DNA of 64,000 bases, taken from assembly GCA_945861565.1 (NCBI GenBank), contig CAMAUY010000011.1, forward strand, positions 6,444-70,443. Direction: 5' to 3'. The notes below the pieces were generated by a model that was given only the letters and a program-made list of their open reading frames with translations, made no database searches and was not told the origin of the DNA. Position 1 is the stretch's first letter; each line of letters opens with the position of its first letter. The DNA comes from Akkermansia muciniphila (GTDB taxonomy: Bacteria; Verrucomicrobiota; Verrucomicrobiia; Limisphaerales; UBA9464). The position numbers and the translations under genes are program-made. Positions 47,333 through 57,639 of this stretch are shown in pieces.

Positions 47333-48133
47333 ATGGGTGACATATCCCGCGATGCGGCCGGTGCGAAGCTTAAGCCTGTCCTCGAACTGGTGAATGCAGC
47401 CATCGCCCGCCCGGAGGAGCCGGAATTGGCGCTGATGTCGGATGTTCAGTTTCGCGTGGAGGCGGGAGATTTCAGCGTCGTGGCGGGTCTGCAGGGTTCG
47501 GGAAAAACCATCCTACTGGAAGTGGCGGCGGGTCTGCAACCGCTCCTCCGTGGTCATTTAAGACTCTTTGGCGAAACGGTGACACGAGCGGAGGGAGACT
47601 CGTTCCGTTCCATTCGCCGCCGAATCGGGGTGGTTTTTGAGGGAAGTGGCCGGTTGTTTCAGCGCCTGACGGTGGAGGAGAATGTGTCGCTGCCCCTGCG
47701 TTATCATCAGGATGTCGAACTTGAGGCCGTGGCGACTGAGATAGGGGAGGTGATGGAAGTTTGTGGGATTGGTCACCTGGTAGGAATTCCGGCGAGCCGT
47801 CTGGCCAGGGGCTGGCAACTCCGGGTGGCCCTCGCGCGGGCACTTGCACTGAAACCTGAATTATTACTGCTCGACAATCCGCTCGCTGGGCTCGATTCCG
47901 TTCACACGCTTTGGTGGCGGACCTTTCTCCTCGACTTGGTGCGGGGACATCCGTACTTCGGCGGAGTTGCCCGAACCCTGGTGGTGATGTGCGATGACCT
48001 GCGGCCTTGGATGCGTTTGGGAAAGCGCTTTTCACTCGTGAGCGAAGGCCGCTGGCGGACTCTGGGGGACCAAGCTGCCGTCCTCGAGGATGCGGATCCG
48101 ATTGTGCGCGCTTTGTTGCTGGAGGGTTTCTGA
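47333..48133 (+). CDS. MlaF-like ABC ATPase with degenerate catalytic motifs
   Basis: Walker A GLQGSGKT is intact. Q-loop reads VVFEGSG (E for Q), signature RLARGW (for LSGGx), Walker B LLLLDNP (N for catalytic E), H-loop VVMCDD (C for H). Confidence 0.75.
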   Translation: MGDISRDAAGAKLKPVLELVNAAIARPEEPELALMSDVQFRVEAGDFSVVAGLQGSGKTILLEVAAGLQPLLRGHLRLFGETVTRAEGDSFRSIRRRIGVVFEGSGRLFQRLTVEENVSLPLRYHQDVELEAVATEIGEVMEVCGIGHLVGIPASRLARGWQLRVALARALALKPELLLLDNPLAGLDSVHTLWWRTFLLDLVRGHPYFGGVARTLVVMCDDLRPWMRLGKRFSLVSEGRWRTLGDQAAVLEDADPIVRALLLEGF

Positions 48134-48317
48134 TGCCCGCCAAATGCCAAAAAAAACTATGCAAACCCGATCAAACATTCCATTTCTCAAACTCCGTCCC
48201 GGAGCGATACCGGCATTTTTATGACCCATCCTCAACCCCTCGCGCTTCACTCCCGCGGATTTTGGCATCGCTTTTTCTTTGCCGCATCCACACGGCGTGA
48301 CGGCTAATGGCACTAAT

Positions 48318-49436
48318 ATGGCCTTGCAGGATCTCACTCCGCAATTGCGCACGCGGCTTGGCCGCGTGGAACGACTGGTGGGGCTATTCGTCAGCAGCGC
48401 CGCCGTGCTGCTCCTTGCCGGCTTCATCTATTTCCTGCGCCACACAGCAGCGAAAAAGGGATGGTTTGTTCAAAAAGTACCTTATTACACGATGATCGCA
48501 GATGGAACCGGGATTCAGGTTGGTTCCGAGGTGAAGATCATGGGTTTTAAGATCGGCCAGGTAACTCGGCTTGAGCCGATGCCCCTTGAGGCGGCATGGG
48601 AGCGGTCGCAGGGTTGGAACGTCTATGTGGGATTGGAGGTCCGGGAGCCCTACTACGGCTACATCCTTACGGACTCGAGCGTGCGCCTCGGAGCTGGCGA
48701 TTTCCTGGGAGGTCGTTCGCTGGACGTGATTCCGGGTAGAATAGGCGAGGTCACGGTCCAACGCCTTGCGAACGGGAAGATGGGGCACCTTCACGAAAAG
48801 TTTTCCGAGGTCTTCACCCGGGACCGGACGAAGGCGACCAATGAGTTCAGGCAGTACCTAGAGCTGAAGAAGGATGCGCCCGGCTACTTTCTCCTCGCCA
48901 ATGAACAGCCACCCCTGGCTGAGAAGCTCACCGCGATTGCCACCGATGTCCACGCATCGCTCCCAAGCGTCCTGGCCATGACGAATTCCGTCAATGTCGC
49001 CCTCAGTAATCTGAATTCCATCACGGCTCAGTTGGATCGGACGATGCCGATTTTGAGTAATGTTCTGACGCAAACGGAACTGCTAATCACTGAATTGCGG
49101 CCGCTCACTCAAAAGCCGGGTGGCATCGGTGACCTGCTGGTGCCGACCAATCTCAATGCACAGCTGGGAATCGTGCTGGCAAACGTGAATACGAGATCCG
49201 AACTGGTCGGCCCAACGCTCAGTAACCTCAATAGCCTCGTTTCTCAAATCGGGATCACCGTCAGCAACGTAAACTATCAGCTCGACCGCGATACCAACCT
49301 GATCGGCAATGTCAGCCGACTGGCGGACAAGACGACGTCCCTGGCGGAATCCACGGATACGCTGCTTCGCCGCCACTGGTTGTTCCGCAGCGCTTTTAAG
49401 ACCAACAAGACGGAACTGAAACAACGCGGCCGGTAG
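48318..49436 (+). CDS. MCE/MlaD-domain protein
   Basis: N-terminal TM, then GIQVGSEVKIMGFKIGQVTRLEP (MCE domain) and a long helical C-terminal region. Confidence 0.75.
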   Translation: MALQDLTPQLRTRLGRVERLVGLFVSSAAVLLLAGFIYFLRHTAAKKGWFVQKVPYYTMIADGTGIQVGSEVKIMGFKIGQVTRLEPMPLEAAWERSQGWNVYVGLEVREPYYGYILTDSSVRLGAGDFLGGRSLDVIPGRIGEVTVQRLANGKMGHLHEKFSEVFTRDRTKATNEFRQYLELKKDAPGYFLLANEQPPLAEKLTAIATDVHASLPSVLAMTNSVNVALSNLNSITAQLDRTMPILSNVLTQTELLITELRPLTQKPGGIGDLLVPTNLNAQLGIVLANVNTRSELVGPTLSNLNSLVSQIGITVSNVNYQLDRDTNLIGNVSRLADKTTSLAESTDTLLRRHWLFRSAFKTNKTELKQRGR

Positions 49437-49486
49437 CCTGCGCATACTCCAGTCTGTGGGCGGTTTGGATTGCGTCCTGTCTTGGG

Positions 49487-50416
49487 TTGGTCGAGCGTGC
49501 ACCGGTGGATTCGCCGAATATTCCGCGTCGCCTCCGACTCTTGTTGGTGGATGGCCATGCGTATGCCTATCGGTCGTTCTTCGCGATCCGCTCGTTGAAC
49601 GCTCCGGAGGGTTTCCCCACCAACGCGATCTTCGGATTCATCAAGAGCCTGCAGAGACTCGAGGTCGCCTTGCAGCCCTCGCACCGATTGGTTCTTTGGG
49701 ACGCGGGTCTCGCTGCCGATCGCCAGACGGCTCTGCCGGGCTATAAGGCCAACCGCCCCCCCACACCGGAGGCGCTGGAGACGCAGTTCCCCCAGATCGA
49801 AGAGTGGCTGGTGTCCGCAGGTTGGGGCAGCCACAAAGTGGCGGGGACCGAAGCCGATGATTGGATTGCCACTTACGCGTATCGCGCCGACCAAGCGGGT
49901 TGGGAAACGATCATCGCCAGTGCGGATAAAGATTTTCTCCAGCTCGTTGGGAACCGGGTCGGTCTGGTAAATCCCAATGACAAGTCGGGCAAGATCTGGA
50001 GGGCGGCGGACGTGCAGGCCAAGACGGGCGTCCGTCCGGATCAGATTGTCGATTGGCTCAGTTTGGTGGGTGATAGCGCGGACAATATTCCCGGAGTGCC
50101 GGGGGTTGGGCCGAAAACTGCGACGGACCTTTTGCTCCGCTTTGGGACGGCGGCAGAATTGCTGGCGCGAACGGCGGAGTTGAAATCGGAGAATCAGCGG
50201 GCGTCCGTGCAGGGAGCATCGGAGGCGGTTTGCCGGAACCAAAAGTTGATTCGCCTCAAGCACGATATGGAAGATGGCCCGGTCTGGGAGGACCTCGTGC
50301 CTAAACCGCCCAACGTAAGGGAATTGCGGGAGAAATATCGGCGTTGGGGTTTCAAGAGCCTTTTGGCGGAACTCAGTCCGGAAGCGGGCACTCAAACTCA
50401 GGGAAATCTCTTCTAG
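49487..50416 (+). CDS. Stand-alone 5'-3' exonuclease (Pol I N-terminal-domain type)
   Basis: LLLVDGHAYAYRSFFA, EADD, GDSADNIPGVPGVGPKTA (H3TH) motifs. 309 aa with no polymerase domain. Confidence 0.85.
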   Translation: MVERAPVDSPNIPRRLRLLLVDGHAYAYRSFFAIRSLNAPEGFPTNAIFGFIKSLQRLEVALQPSHRLVLWDAGLAADRQTALPGYKANRPPTPEALETQFPQIEEWLVSAGWGSHKVAGTEADDWIATYAYRADQAGWETIIASADKDFLQLVGNRVGLVNPNDKSGKIWRAADVQAKTGVRPDQIVDWLSLVGDSADNIPGVPGVGPKTATDLLLRFGTAAELLARTAELKSENQRASVQGASEAVCRNQKLIRLKHDMEDGPVWEDLVPKPPNVRELREKYRRWGFKSLLAELSPEAGTQTQGNLF

Positions 50417-50768
50417 TCAGATCGTGGGTCGGCAGGCAAACCGGGCGGCCCGCTGGAGTCCGCCCGCTTTTGTTTGCGGCGCAGAAAATCAGGCTCCGAA
50501 TTTCGCCTCCTTTTTCAGGAGCGCCCACCCCGCTGCGCGATGCTGATTCATGGAAGAAACTTTCTATCAGTTTCTTAAGAGCTTCACGAGCGGGTGATAC
50601 GCGACCCCGCGGTACGTGTTCTTGGTGGCGCGGCCGACGAGATCCAGGACATCATCGATCGCTTTGTCGGGAGCGGGCCCGTCTGGAAGGCTCAGTCTTT
50701 TGATCGGCCGAAGGGTTTTAAAAAACCGGGGCATTTTGAAAACCTACGCAACTTCCTGCGAATCAAAT

Positions 50769-50844
50769 TGGCGACCCTAACGGGATTCGAACCCGTGTTA
50801 CTGCCGTGAAAGGGCGGTGTCCTAGGCCTCTAGACGATAGGGTC
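50769..50844 (-). tRNA. tRNA-Glu(TTC)
   Basis: The reverse complement GACCCTATCGTCTAGAGGCCTAGGACACCGCCCTTTCACGGCAGTAACACGGGTTCGAATCCCGTTAGGGTCGCCA aligns closely with canonical bacterial tRNA-Glu(UUC). Confidence 0.9.
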
Positions 50845-50894
50845 GCAAGCTGCGTGAGTTTAGGGCCAGGGCCCTTAATGTCACGCGAGATTCA

Positions 50895-50969
50895 TGGTGG
50901 GTTGGCAGGGATTTGAACCCTGGACCAACGGCTTAAAAGGCCGCTGCTCTACCGCTGAGCTACCAACCC
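50895..50969 (-). tRNA. tRNA-Lys(TTT)
   Basis: Reverse complement: GGGTTGG TA GCTC AGCGGTA GAGC A GCGGC CTTTTAA GCCGT TGGTC CAGGG TTCAAAT CCCTG CCAACCC A CCA. Confidence 0.9.
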
Positions 50970-51216
50970 GGTCAAAAACAGGGCCGCGAAAATAGCCGGG
51001 AGGGCTTGAGGTGCAAGTGGTTATTTCCACTTGTTTTTAGATTGGGTGCAATTTTCTCTTGCGGACCGCACGGGTCGCATCAACTTTAGCACGTAACTCC
51101 GGGAGCTTCTTAAGGACTAATCCCTATTTTTCCCGCCGGTGTTGGCTGTGCCACTCACGGTCGCCGGCTGAGACGGTTTCTCCGGGAGTAGAATTTCATT
51201 TTGATTCCCCTTTGTC

Positions 51217-53130
51217 ATGGCAAGAGCTCCTAAGAAGAATTTATCGGAACCACAGAAAGCCCCCGCCCGCCCCGCTCGCCCGAAGCGGGTTACCGAGGTG
51301 GAAGATGAGAAGTTTGCCGCATCGCTTTCAGCTGCCGCTTCTAAGGTTAAGACCACGAGCGGCAAGTCCGTCCCACCCACGGGTGAGGAAGTGATTTCCT
51401 CGGGGAGGCGAAAGGCTGCCCCCCGACGTATCTCCGTCCCGGTCGTGCCCAAAGGACCCAAGGAGCCAGAGATGCAGGCGGTCGATCCAAGACCTCCCCG
51501 CCCGGTGTCCGATATCATCGGCGCCCCAGAATCGGAATCACCGCCGGGGCCGTTTCCGTCCCCGATCGTTTTTGCCGCATTGGCACCGGCACCCTTACCG
51601 GCACCCCCGGCACCCCCGGCACCCTTGGTACCCTTGGTACCCTTGCCGGCACCCATACGGGTTTCACTGTCTCCGCCCCGGGTTGAACCGGTGGATCCGA
51701 AGTCGCCGAGCTCACCGCGACTTTCCGGCTATCAGGCGCGATCGGCACGGGTTGCGGAGGTTCGGCGGGCGCTGCCCGCCTCGTCTTCGACCGAACCCCT
51801 GGCGATGTCCGATGGAGGAAGTGATGAGAGCAGCAGTCCGGGGCCGATTCCGGTGGTGACGCCTCGTGCGTTGAATCTTCACGATTTGCAGCCGATGCCC
51901 ATCGCGGCCCTGAATGAGGTGGCGCGCGAGTTTTCGATCGAGAACTTCGGCACGCTCAAGCGGCAGGAGATCATTTTCCAGGTGCTGCAGCGCAACTTAC
52001 AGGCGGGGGGTGCGATTTACACGCGGGGAATTCTTGAAGTAATGTCCGAAGGTTTTGGCTTCCTTCGTTCCCCGGCGTTCAACTATCTCCCCTGTCCGGA
52101 AGACATTTACGTATCGCCCTCGCAGATCCGACGGTTTGACCTGCAGACGGGCGATGATGTTGCCGGACAGATCCGGCCGCCAAAAGAAAAGGAGAAATTT
52201 TACGCGCTACTGAAAGTGGAAAAGGTGGCGGGGATTGATCCGGATAAGGCGAAAGAAAAGGCTCATTTCGAAAATCTGACTCCCCTGTTTCCAAATAAGC
52301 GGTTCATTCTGGAGACGACCGCCGAGGAGTTGTCGACTCGCGTGGTGGACCTCGTGTGTCCGATTGGCAAGGGGACTCGAGGACTGATCGTGGCGCCGCC
52401 GCGTACCGGCAAGACGGTGTTGATGCAAAAACTCGCGAATGCGATCCTGAAGAACAATCCCGAAACCTCCCTGATTATTCTATTGATCGACGAGCGCCCG
52501 GAGGAAGTGACCGACATGGAGCGAAGTTGCAGAGGGGCGGAGGTGGTCAGCTCGACCTTTGACGAACCTCCGGAGCGCCACGTCCAGGTTGCCGAGATGG
52601 TAATCGAAAAAGCCCGTCGGATGGTTGAGCACAAGAAAGACGTTATCATTCTCCTGGATTCGATCACACGGCTCGCGCGGGCTTATAACACCGTGCAGCC
52701 GCACTCTGGAAAAATATTGTCAGGCGGTGTTGACGCCAACGCCTTGCACAAACCGAAGCGCTTTTTTGGTGCGGCTCGAAATATTGAAGAGGGTGGATCC
52801 CTGACAATCATTGCGACCGCTCTCGTGGACACGGGCAGCCGGATGGATGAAGTGATCTTTGAGGAATTCAAGGGGACGGGGAATATGGAAGTGCACCTGG
52901 ACCGAGCGTTGGTGGAGCGTCGCATTTTTCCGTCGATCAACATTGAACGGAGCGGCACGCGGAAGGAGGAGTTGCTCTATCATCCGGACGAGTGCAGTCG
53001 AGTGGTCATGCTTCGGCGTGCCTTGACTGGAGTTCCGGCGGTTGAGGCGATGGACCTGCTCCTGGGCAAGCTCAAGAAGACGCCGAGCAACATCATGTTC
53101 CTCCTTCAGATGGGAGTTAACGCACGGTGA
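51217..53130 (+). CDS. rho: Transcription termination factor Rho with a ~218-aa N-terminal extension
   Basis: From about residue 219 it is canonical Rho: LNLHDLQ...N-terminal domain, RNA-binding GFGFLR, Walker A PPRTGKT, and the C-terminus. Residues 1-218 are basic and proline-rich low complexity. Confidence 0.9.
   Translation: MARAPKKNLSEPQKAPARPARPKRVTEVEDEKFAASLSAAASKVKTTSGKSVPPTGEEVISSGRRKAAPRRISVPVVPKGPKEPEMQAVDPRPPRPVSDIIGAPESESPPGPFPSPIVFAALAPAPLPAPPAPPAPLVPLVPLPAPIRVSLSPPRVEPVDPKSPSSPRLSGYQARSARVAEVRRALPASSSTEPLAMSDGGSDESSSPGPIPVVTPRALNLHDLQPMPIAALNEVAREFSIENFGTLKRQEIIFQVLQRNLQAGGAIYTRGILEVMSEGFGFLRSPAFNYLPCPEDIYVSPSQIRRFDLQTGDDVAGQIRPPKEKEKFYALLKVEKVAGIDPDKAKEKAHFENLTPLFPNKRFILETTAEELSTRVVDLVCPIGKGTRGLIVAPPRTGKTVLMQKLANAILKNNPETSLIILLIDERPEEVTDMERSCRGAEVVSSTFDEPPERHVQVAEMVIEKARRMVEHKKDVIILLDSITRLARAYNTVQPHSGKILSGGVDANALHKPKRFFGAARNIEEGGSLTIIATALVDTGSRMDEVIFEEFKGTGNMEVHLDRALVERRIFPSINIERSGTRKEELLYHPDECSRVVMLRRALTGVPAVEAMDLLLGKLKKTPSNIMFLLQMGVNAR
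51577..51654 (+). repeat. Short tandem repeats encoding a PAP/LVP-rich tract in rho
   Basis: ggcaccccc x2 and ggtaccctt x2, flanked by related ggcaccctt/ccggcaccc units. They encode [26 protein letters not shown]. Confidence 0.8.
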
Positions 53131-53140
53131 TGGCCGGCCG

Positions 53141-53893
53141 ATGAAACCGCGGTTGGATCAGGCGCTGGTGGATCGCGGTCTAGCCGAGAGCCGTTCGAAA
53201 GCACAACGCCTAATCCTCGCCGGCAAGGTTCGCATCAATGGGCAGGCTGCCGGAAAGCCCGGGCAACCCTTGCGGGTGGGCGACGTCCTCGAGCTTGTCG
53301 CGAGAGAAAAGTATGTCAGCCGCGGTGGAAACAAGCTCGAACACGGGCTCGACCATTTTGGGATTTCACCGACCGGGATGCGGGTGCTGGATCTTGGGGC
53401 GAGCACGGGGGGATTCACCGATTGTCTGTTGCAACGCGGGGCGGTTCGGGCCTGGGCGGTGGACGTCGGCCATGGGCAATTGGCGTGGACGCTCCGGCAA
53501 GATCCCCGGGTGGTGGTGCGTGAGCGGACGAATGCCCGCCATTTGACGCCGGACTTTTTTGCACCCGAGGGTGCGGGATTTGACCTTGTCGTGGCAGATT
53601 GCTCGTTCATTTCACTGCGGCGGATATTGCCACCGGTAGGGCCGTTATTGGCGAGGGGCGGCCGGGTGCTGGCGCTGATTAAGCCCCAGTTTGAGGCAGG
53701 TCGCGAGGAAGCGGACCGGGGTGCGGGTGTCATCGTTGATCCCGAGGTGCATCAGCGGGTGCTTCGGGAATTAGAAGAGTTTGTACGCCGGCACTTGGCT
53801 CCGTTAGGGTGGACAGGAGTTACGGAATCCCCTCTTCTCGGGCCGGCTGGCAATCGGGAGTTCCTGGTCCTGCTCGAACAATCAAGCCCTTGA
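53141..53893 (+). CDS. tlyA: TlyA-family rRNA 2'-O-methyltransferase
   Basis: S4-like N-terminus RLDQALVDRGLAESRSKAQRLI, then YVSRGGNKL and LDLGASTGGFTDCLL. Confidence 0.88.
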   Translation: MKPRLDQALVDRGLAESRSKAQRLILAGKVRINGQAAGKPGQPLRVGDVLELVAREKYVSRGGNKLEHGLDHFGISPTGMRVLDLGASTGGFTDCLLQRGAVRAWAVDVGHGQLAWTLRQDPRVVVRERTNARHLTPDFFAPEGAGFDLVVADCSFISLRRILPPVGPLLARGGRVLALIKPQFEAGREEADRGAGVIVDPEVHQRVLRELEEFVRRHLAPLGWTGVTESPLLGPAGNREFLVLLEQSSP

Positions 53894-54774
53894 AAAAGAT
53901 TGCCAAAAGACTGCGTCGCATCGGCTTTATCGCCAATGCCGAAAAAGCCGACTGCGCGAGTCTGGTCCGCCGGGCGGGCCGTCTGCTGGAACGGCATGGA
54001 TGCACGATAATCTGCGAGGCTGCGACGGCCGAACTGTTGCGGAATCGGTGGCCGACGGCCGCCACGTTGGATGCGCTGGCGCGGCAGTGTGATCTGCTCC
54101 TGGTGTTTGGAGGTGACGGCACCATGTTGCGGATCGGGCGACAGGTGGCGGGGTTGTCCACGCCGATTCTTGGCATTAATGCGGGGAATCTGGGATTCCT
54201 GACGGCCGTCTCTCCGGAGAGTTTGTCCGAGGCAATCCGGATGTTGATATTGGGAAATTTCACCATCGAGGAGCGAGCGCTGCTGGATGCCTTTGTCGAA
54301 CAAGACCGAAAGCAGGTGCAGTTGCCGGCCTTGAATGATTTTGTACTCAGCCGTGGATTGGCCTCTCGGCTAATCGAACTGGAAGTCTCGGTCAATCGGG
54401 AATTGCTGACTCGCTACCGTTGCGATGGGTTAATTGTTAGCTCGCCAACGGGTTCAACCGCTTATTCCCTCGCGGCGGGGGGGGCGATTGTCAGTCCGGA
54501 TGCCGAGGTCATGCTACTGACTCCGATCTGCCCGCACACGTTGAGCATCCGACCTCTGATCGTGGGAATGAATGCGGTGGTTCAGGTACGACTCTTGAGC
54601 GTGCGTTTGATCGGCATTTTGGCGGCCGATGGCCAGGAGCAGATCGAGCTGAACGCCGGGGATACGGTGACCGTCCGGCGCAGCCAGAGGAAAGTCCGGT
54701 TGCTGCGTCTGGAAGGTTCGACTTTTTTTGGCACGTTGCGGGAGAAGTTTGGCTGGAGCGGGGGCAATGTTTAG
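53890..54774 (+). CDS. nadK: NAD kinase
   Basis: GGDGTML, NxGxLGFL and later NAD-kinase motifs. The TTG at 53890 overlaps the tlyA stop and gives a family-typical N-terminus (KKIAKRLRRIGFIAN). Confidence 0.85.
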   Translation: MKKIAKRLRRIGFIANAEKADCASLVRRAGRLLERHGCTIICEAATAELLRNRWPTAATLDALARQCDLLLVFGGDGTMLRIGRQVAGLSTPILGINAGNLGFLTAVSPESLSEAIRMLILGNFTIEERALLDAFVEQDRKQVQLPALNDFVLSRGLASRLIELEVSVNRELLTRYRCDGLIVSSPTGSTAYSLAAGGAIVSPDAEVMLLTPICPHTLSIRPLIVGMNAVVQVRLLSVRLIGILAADGQEQIELNAGDTVTVRRSQRKVRLLRLEGSTFFGTLREKFGWSGGNV

Positions 54775-54783
54775 GATCCGGTC

Positions 54784-55803
54784 ATGGTACGTCTGAAGGA
54801 AATTGCAACGGTCGCCGGCGTGTCGGTAATGACCGTCTCGAAGGCGTTACGCGACAAAGCCGATATCGCGGTAGGGACCCGCGAGCGGATCCGCTTGTTG
54901 GCCCAACGAATGGGATACGTTCCGGATGCTGCGGCTCGCGGCATGCGCAGTCGAAAGACCCTGTTGTTGGGGCTGGTAATTCCCGCCACCACAGATCCGA
55001 TATTTGCTCGGATGATGCTCGCCATCGAGGAGCGCGCCCACGAGTTGGGGTATGATTTGTTGCTCGCGCATTCTTTGGGAACCGTGGCGCGGGAGGAGGC
55101 CGCAATCCGGCGATTGCTGGCCAGGAAGGTGGATGGACTGTTCATTTCGCCGGTTTACCGGATGGAATCTGTGTCCGCGATTTACGACGAGATCCACCGG
55201 CAGAAACTGCCCGCCGTGATCCTGGGCCACCGGGCTCCTTTCTGTCGGGAGTTTATTTCCGTGGAGACGGACGATATTGGGGCGAGTGCCGGGATTACCC
55301 GCTATCTCGCATCGCTTGGGCATCGGCGGATCGCCTTTTTTTCGGGTCCACTCGCGGCTCCCTGGGCGCAGGAACGTTATGAAGGTTATCGTCGGGCGTT
55401 GCGGGAGGCGAATTTGCCCCTGGAGAACAGTCTGATATACCGGGCGGGGAGCACCATTGAAGAGGGGGTTTCGGCGACGCTTAAATTCTTGCAAGAATCT
55501 TCGCAGGCAACGGCGATTCAGGCCGCCAACGATCTGGTCGCGGTCGGGATCGGAGACACCCTTCTCAACCAGGGTTTCCAGCTTCCCGCCCATCTTTCGC
55601 TGGCTGGATTTGGCAACCTCTTGGTCGCGGAATACTTTCGGGTTCCCCTCACCACGGTCCGGCAGCCCAAATTGCGGTTGGGAATTGCGGCGATGGAGGC
55701 GATGGTCAAATTGCTTCGTGGAGAGTCGACCGTGAGCCGTCGTCTCCCGGCCGAGATCATTGTCCGTTCCAGTACGGGTGCCCCGCCCGCCACGGTGAGC
55801 TAA
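54784..55803 (+). CDS. LacI-family transcriptional regulator
   Basis: HTH LKEIATVAGVSVMTVSKALRD plus a periplasmic-binding-fold sensor domain. Confidence 0.88.
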   Translation: MVRLKEIATVAGVSVMTVSKALRDKADIAVGTRERIRLLAQRMGYVPDAAARGMRSRKTLLLGLVIPATTDPIFARMMLAIEERAHELGYDLLLAHSLGTVAREEAAIRRLLARKVDGLFISPVYRMESVSAIYDEIHRQKLPAVILGHRAPFCREFISVETDDIGASAGITRYLASLGHRRIAFFSGPLAAPWAQERYEGYRRALREANLPLENSLIYRAGSTIEEGVSATLKFLQESSQATAIQAANDLVAVGIGDTLLNQGFQLPAHLSLAGFGNLLVAEYFRVPLTTVRQPKLRLGIAAMEAMVKLLRGESTVSRRLPAEIIVRSSTGAPPATVS

Positions 55804-55886
55804 CGAAGCCCATTTTTTCACGAACGGCGTATTCCGATCATCTCTGCAGTTGACACCATCCGATGGGTGGATAGATCGTAGAACGA

Positions 55887-57266
55887 ATGCACACCCCGTC
55901 CCCAAAACTTTCGACTCGTCGAGATTTCATCGCCAACACTGGAAAACTGGCCGCGGCCTCGGCCCTGGCAGGAGTTGCTTTACCCTATGTTCACGCGGCT
56001 GGCAGCGATATGGTACAGATCGCCTTGGTCGGTTGCGGTGGCCGTGGCACGGGCGCAGCCGGCAACGCGATGTCAACCAAGAGCGGTCAGACCCGGCTGG
56101 TTGCGATGGCGGACGTATTTGAAAATCGGCTCAAGGACAGCTTTAGCGGGTTGAAGGGGCAGTTCCGCGACAAAGTACAGGTCCCGGACGACTATAAGTT
56201 TATCGGTTTCGACGGCTACAAAAGCGCCATCGACACCCTTCGGAAGGGGGACGTGGCCATTTTTGCGACGCCGCCGGGATTTCGTTGGGTGCATTTCCAA
56301 TACGCAATCGAGAAGGGCGTGAATGTGTTCATGGAAAAGCCGGTGGTGGTGGACGGTCCGGGCGGCCGGCGAATGTTCAAACTGGCGGAAGAGGCCACGG
56401 CGAAGAACCTCAAGGTGGGTGTTGGGCTAATGTGCCGTCACTGCAAGACCCGCCAAGAGCTGTTTCGTCGAGTGAAGGAGGGAGAGATCGGCGAAATCAT
56501 TGCCATGCGGGCCTACCGGATGCACGGGCCGGTGGGTTCGGCGTTCACCAATCCGCGGCCAGCGGATAAGACGAACGAGTTGCTTTGGCAGATTTCCCGA
56601 TTCCACAGCTTCCTCTGGGCGAGCGGCGGCTGCTTCTCCGACTTTTATATTCATAACATCGACGAATCGTGCTGGATTAAGGATGCGTGGCCGGTCCAGG
56701 CCCAGGCTTCCGGCGGACGCATGTATCGGGGTGAGGCGATTGATCAGAATTTCGACAATTATTCGGTGGAGTATACCTTTGGTGACGGCACCAAGCTATT
56801 CCTATACGGGCGGACAATGCCTGGCGTGCACGATGAATTCGCCAGTTATGCGCACGGAAGCAAGGGCCTGGCGGTGATTTCGTCCGAGGGTCATTGGCCC
56901 TCCAAGGCCCGGATCTATAAAGGCCATCGGCTGGACAATGCAGAAATCGCATGGCGTGCACCCAAAGAAGGCCCCGAACTCAATCCGTATGTAGTGGAAT
57001 GGGATGACCTCCTCGACGCGATCCGGAATGACAAGCCGTATAATGAGGTCAAGCGGGGTGTGCAGGCCAGCCTGGTAACCGCGATGGGGCGCATGGCGGC
57101 CCACACCGGTCAGATCGTCAAGTACGATGATATCTTAAACAGCGATCATGAATTCGCTCCCGGATTGGACAAATTAACGATGGATTCCCCGGCACCGGTT
57201 CTGGCAGATGCCTCGGGCGCCTATCCAATTCCGCAGCCGGGAAAGAAAAAGATGCGCGAGTACTAG
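55887..57266 (+). CDS. Gfo/Idh/MocA-family oxidoreductase with Tat signal
   Basis: TRRDFIANTGKLAAASALAG twin-arginine signal. Rossmann motif IALVGCGGRG. Confidence 0.85.
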   Translation: MHTPSPKLSTRRDFIANTGKLAAASALAGVALPYVHAAGSDMVQIALVGCGGRGTGAAGNAMSTKSGQTRLVAMADVFENRLKDSFSGLKGQFRDKVQVPDDYKFIGFDGYKSAIDTLRKGDVAIFATPPGFRWVHFQYAIEKGVNVFMEKPVVVDGPGGRRMFKLAEEATAKNLKVGVGLMCRHCKTRQELFRRVKEGEIGEIIAMRAYRMHGPVGSAFTNPRPADKTNELLWQISRFHSFLWASGGCFSDFYIHNIDESCWIKDAWPVQAQASGGRMYRGEAIDQNFDNYSVEYTFGDGTKLFLYGRTMPGVHDEFASYAHGSKGLAVISSEGHWPSKARIYKGHRLDNAEIAWRAPKEGPELNPYVVEWDDLLDAIRNDKPYNEVKRGVQASLVTAMGRMAAHTGQIVKYDDILNSDHEFAPGLDKLTMDSPAPVLADASGAYPIPQPGKKKMREY

Positions 57267-57304
57267 GCCAAGCGAATCGTTCTACCTGCTTTCCGTCAGC
57301 ACTT

Positions 57305-57346
57305 CGAGAGGGCCGATCTTCGGGTCGCCCTCTCGTTTTTCTTTTT
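57305..57346 (+). terminator. Rho-independent terminator
   Basis: CGAGAGGGCCGATC-ttcg-GGGTCGCCCTCTCG hairpin (one bulge, TTCG loop) followed by TTTTTCTTTTT. Confidence 0.85.
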
Positions 57347-57417
57347 GTGGGAAGACAAACGCACAACGGGCGCGTAAAACTCGCGTTTTGAATCCGGCTC
57401 CGCCAGCACCCCTAAGC

Positions 57418-57627
57418 TACGGCACGGTCACGTTTGGGGACCGTGAGGCCTGGTTGTTGCGTGAAAACACCGACGACCACCACCTCGTGAAGGTCGCCCG
57501 CAAGGTTGCCGAGACGCTCGCGCACTGGGACATTCCGCACCTCATTGTCGGGGGGGTAGCGGTGCAGGAGCACGGCTACCCGCGCTTTACAATTGATGTG
57601 GATGTCGTGGTGCCAGACGTGCTCGCG
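57418..57627 (+). pseudogene. Fragment of a nucleotidyltransferase-fold protein
   Basis: LIVGGVAVQEHGYPRFTIDVDVVV (G-G...D-x-D minimal NTase-like pattern). It has no start codon of its own and runs in frame into an unrelated domain. Confidence 0.45.
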
Positions 57628-57639
57628 GCAGCACCGACA

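Noticed and set aside
49277-50395. 372-aa minus-strand ORF
   Set aside because: It is antisense to the MlaD-like gene end and the 5'-3' exonuclease gene, both of which have clear family motifs. Shadow ORF. The same reasoning applies to 3305-4147, 54847-55905, 51117-51656, 14586-15248 and other long antisense ORFs in the track.
50567-50734. 55-codon minus-strand ORF (MPRFFKTLRPIKRL...YRGVAYHPLVKLLRN) just downstream of tRNA-Glu(TTC)
   Set aside because: It is below the ORF-track threshold, with no SD and no family recognised. It may be a gene fragment, but the evidence is insufficient.
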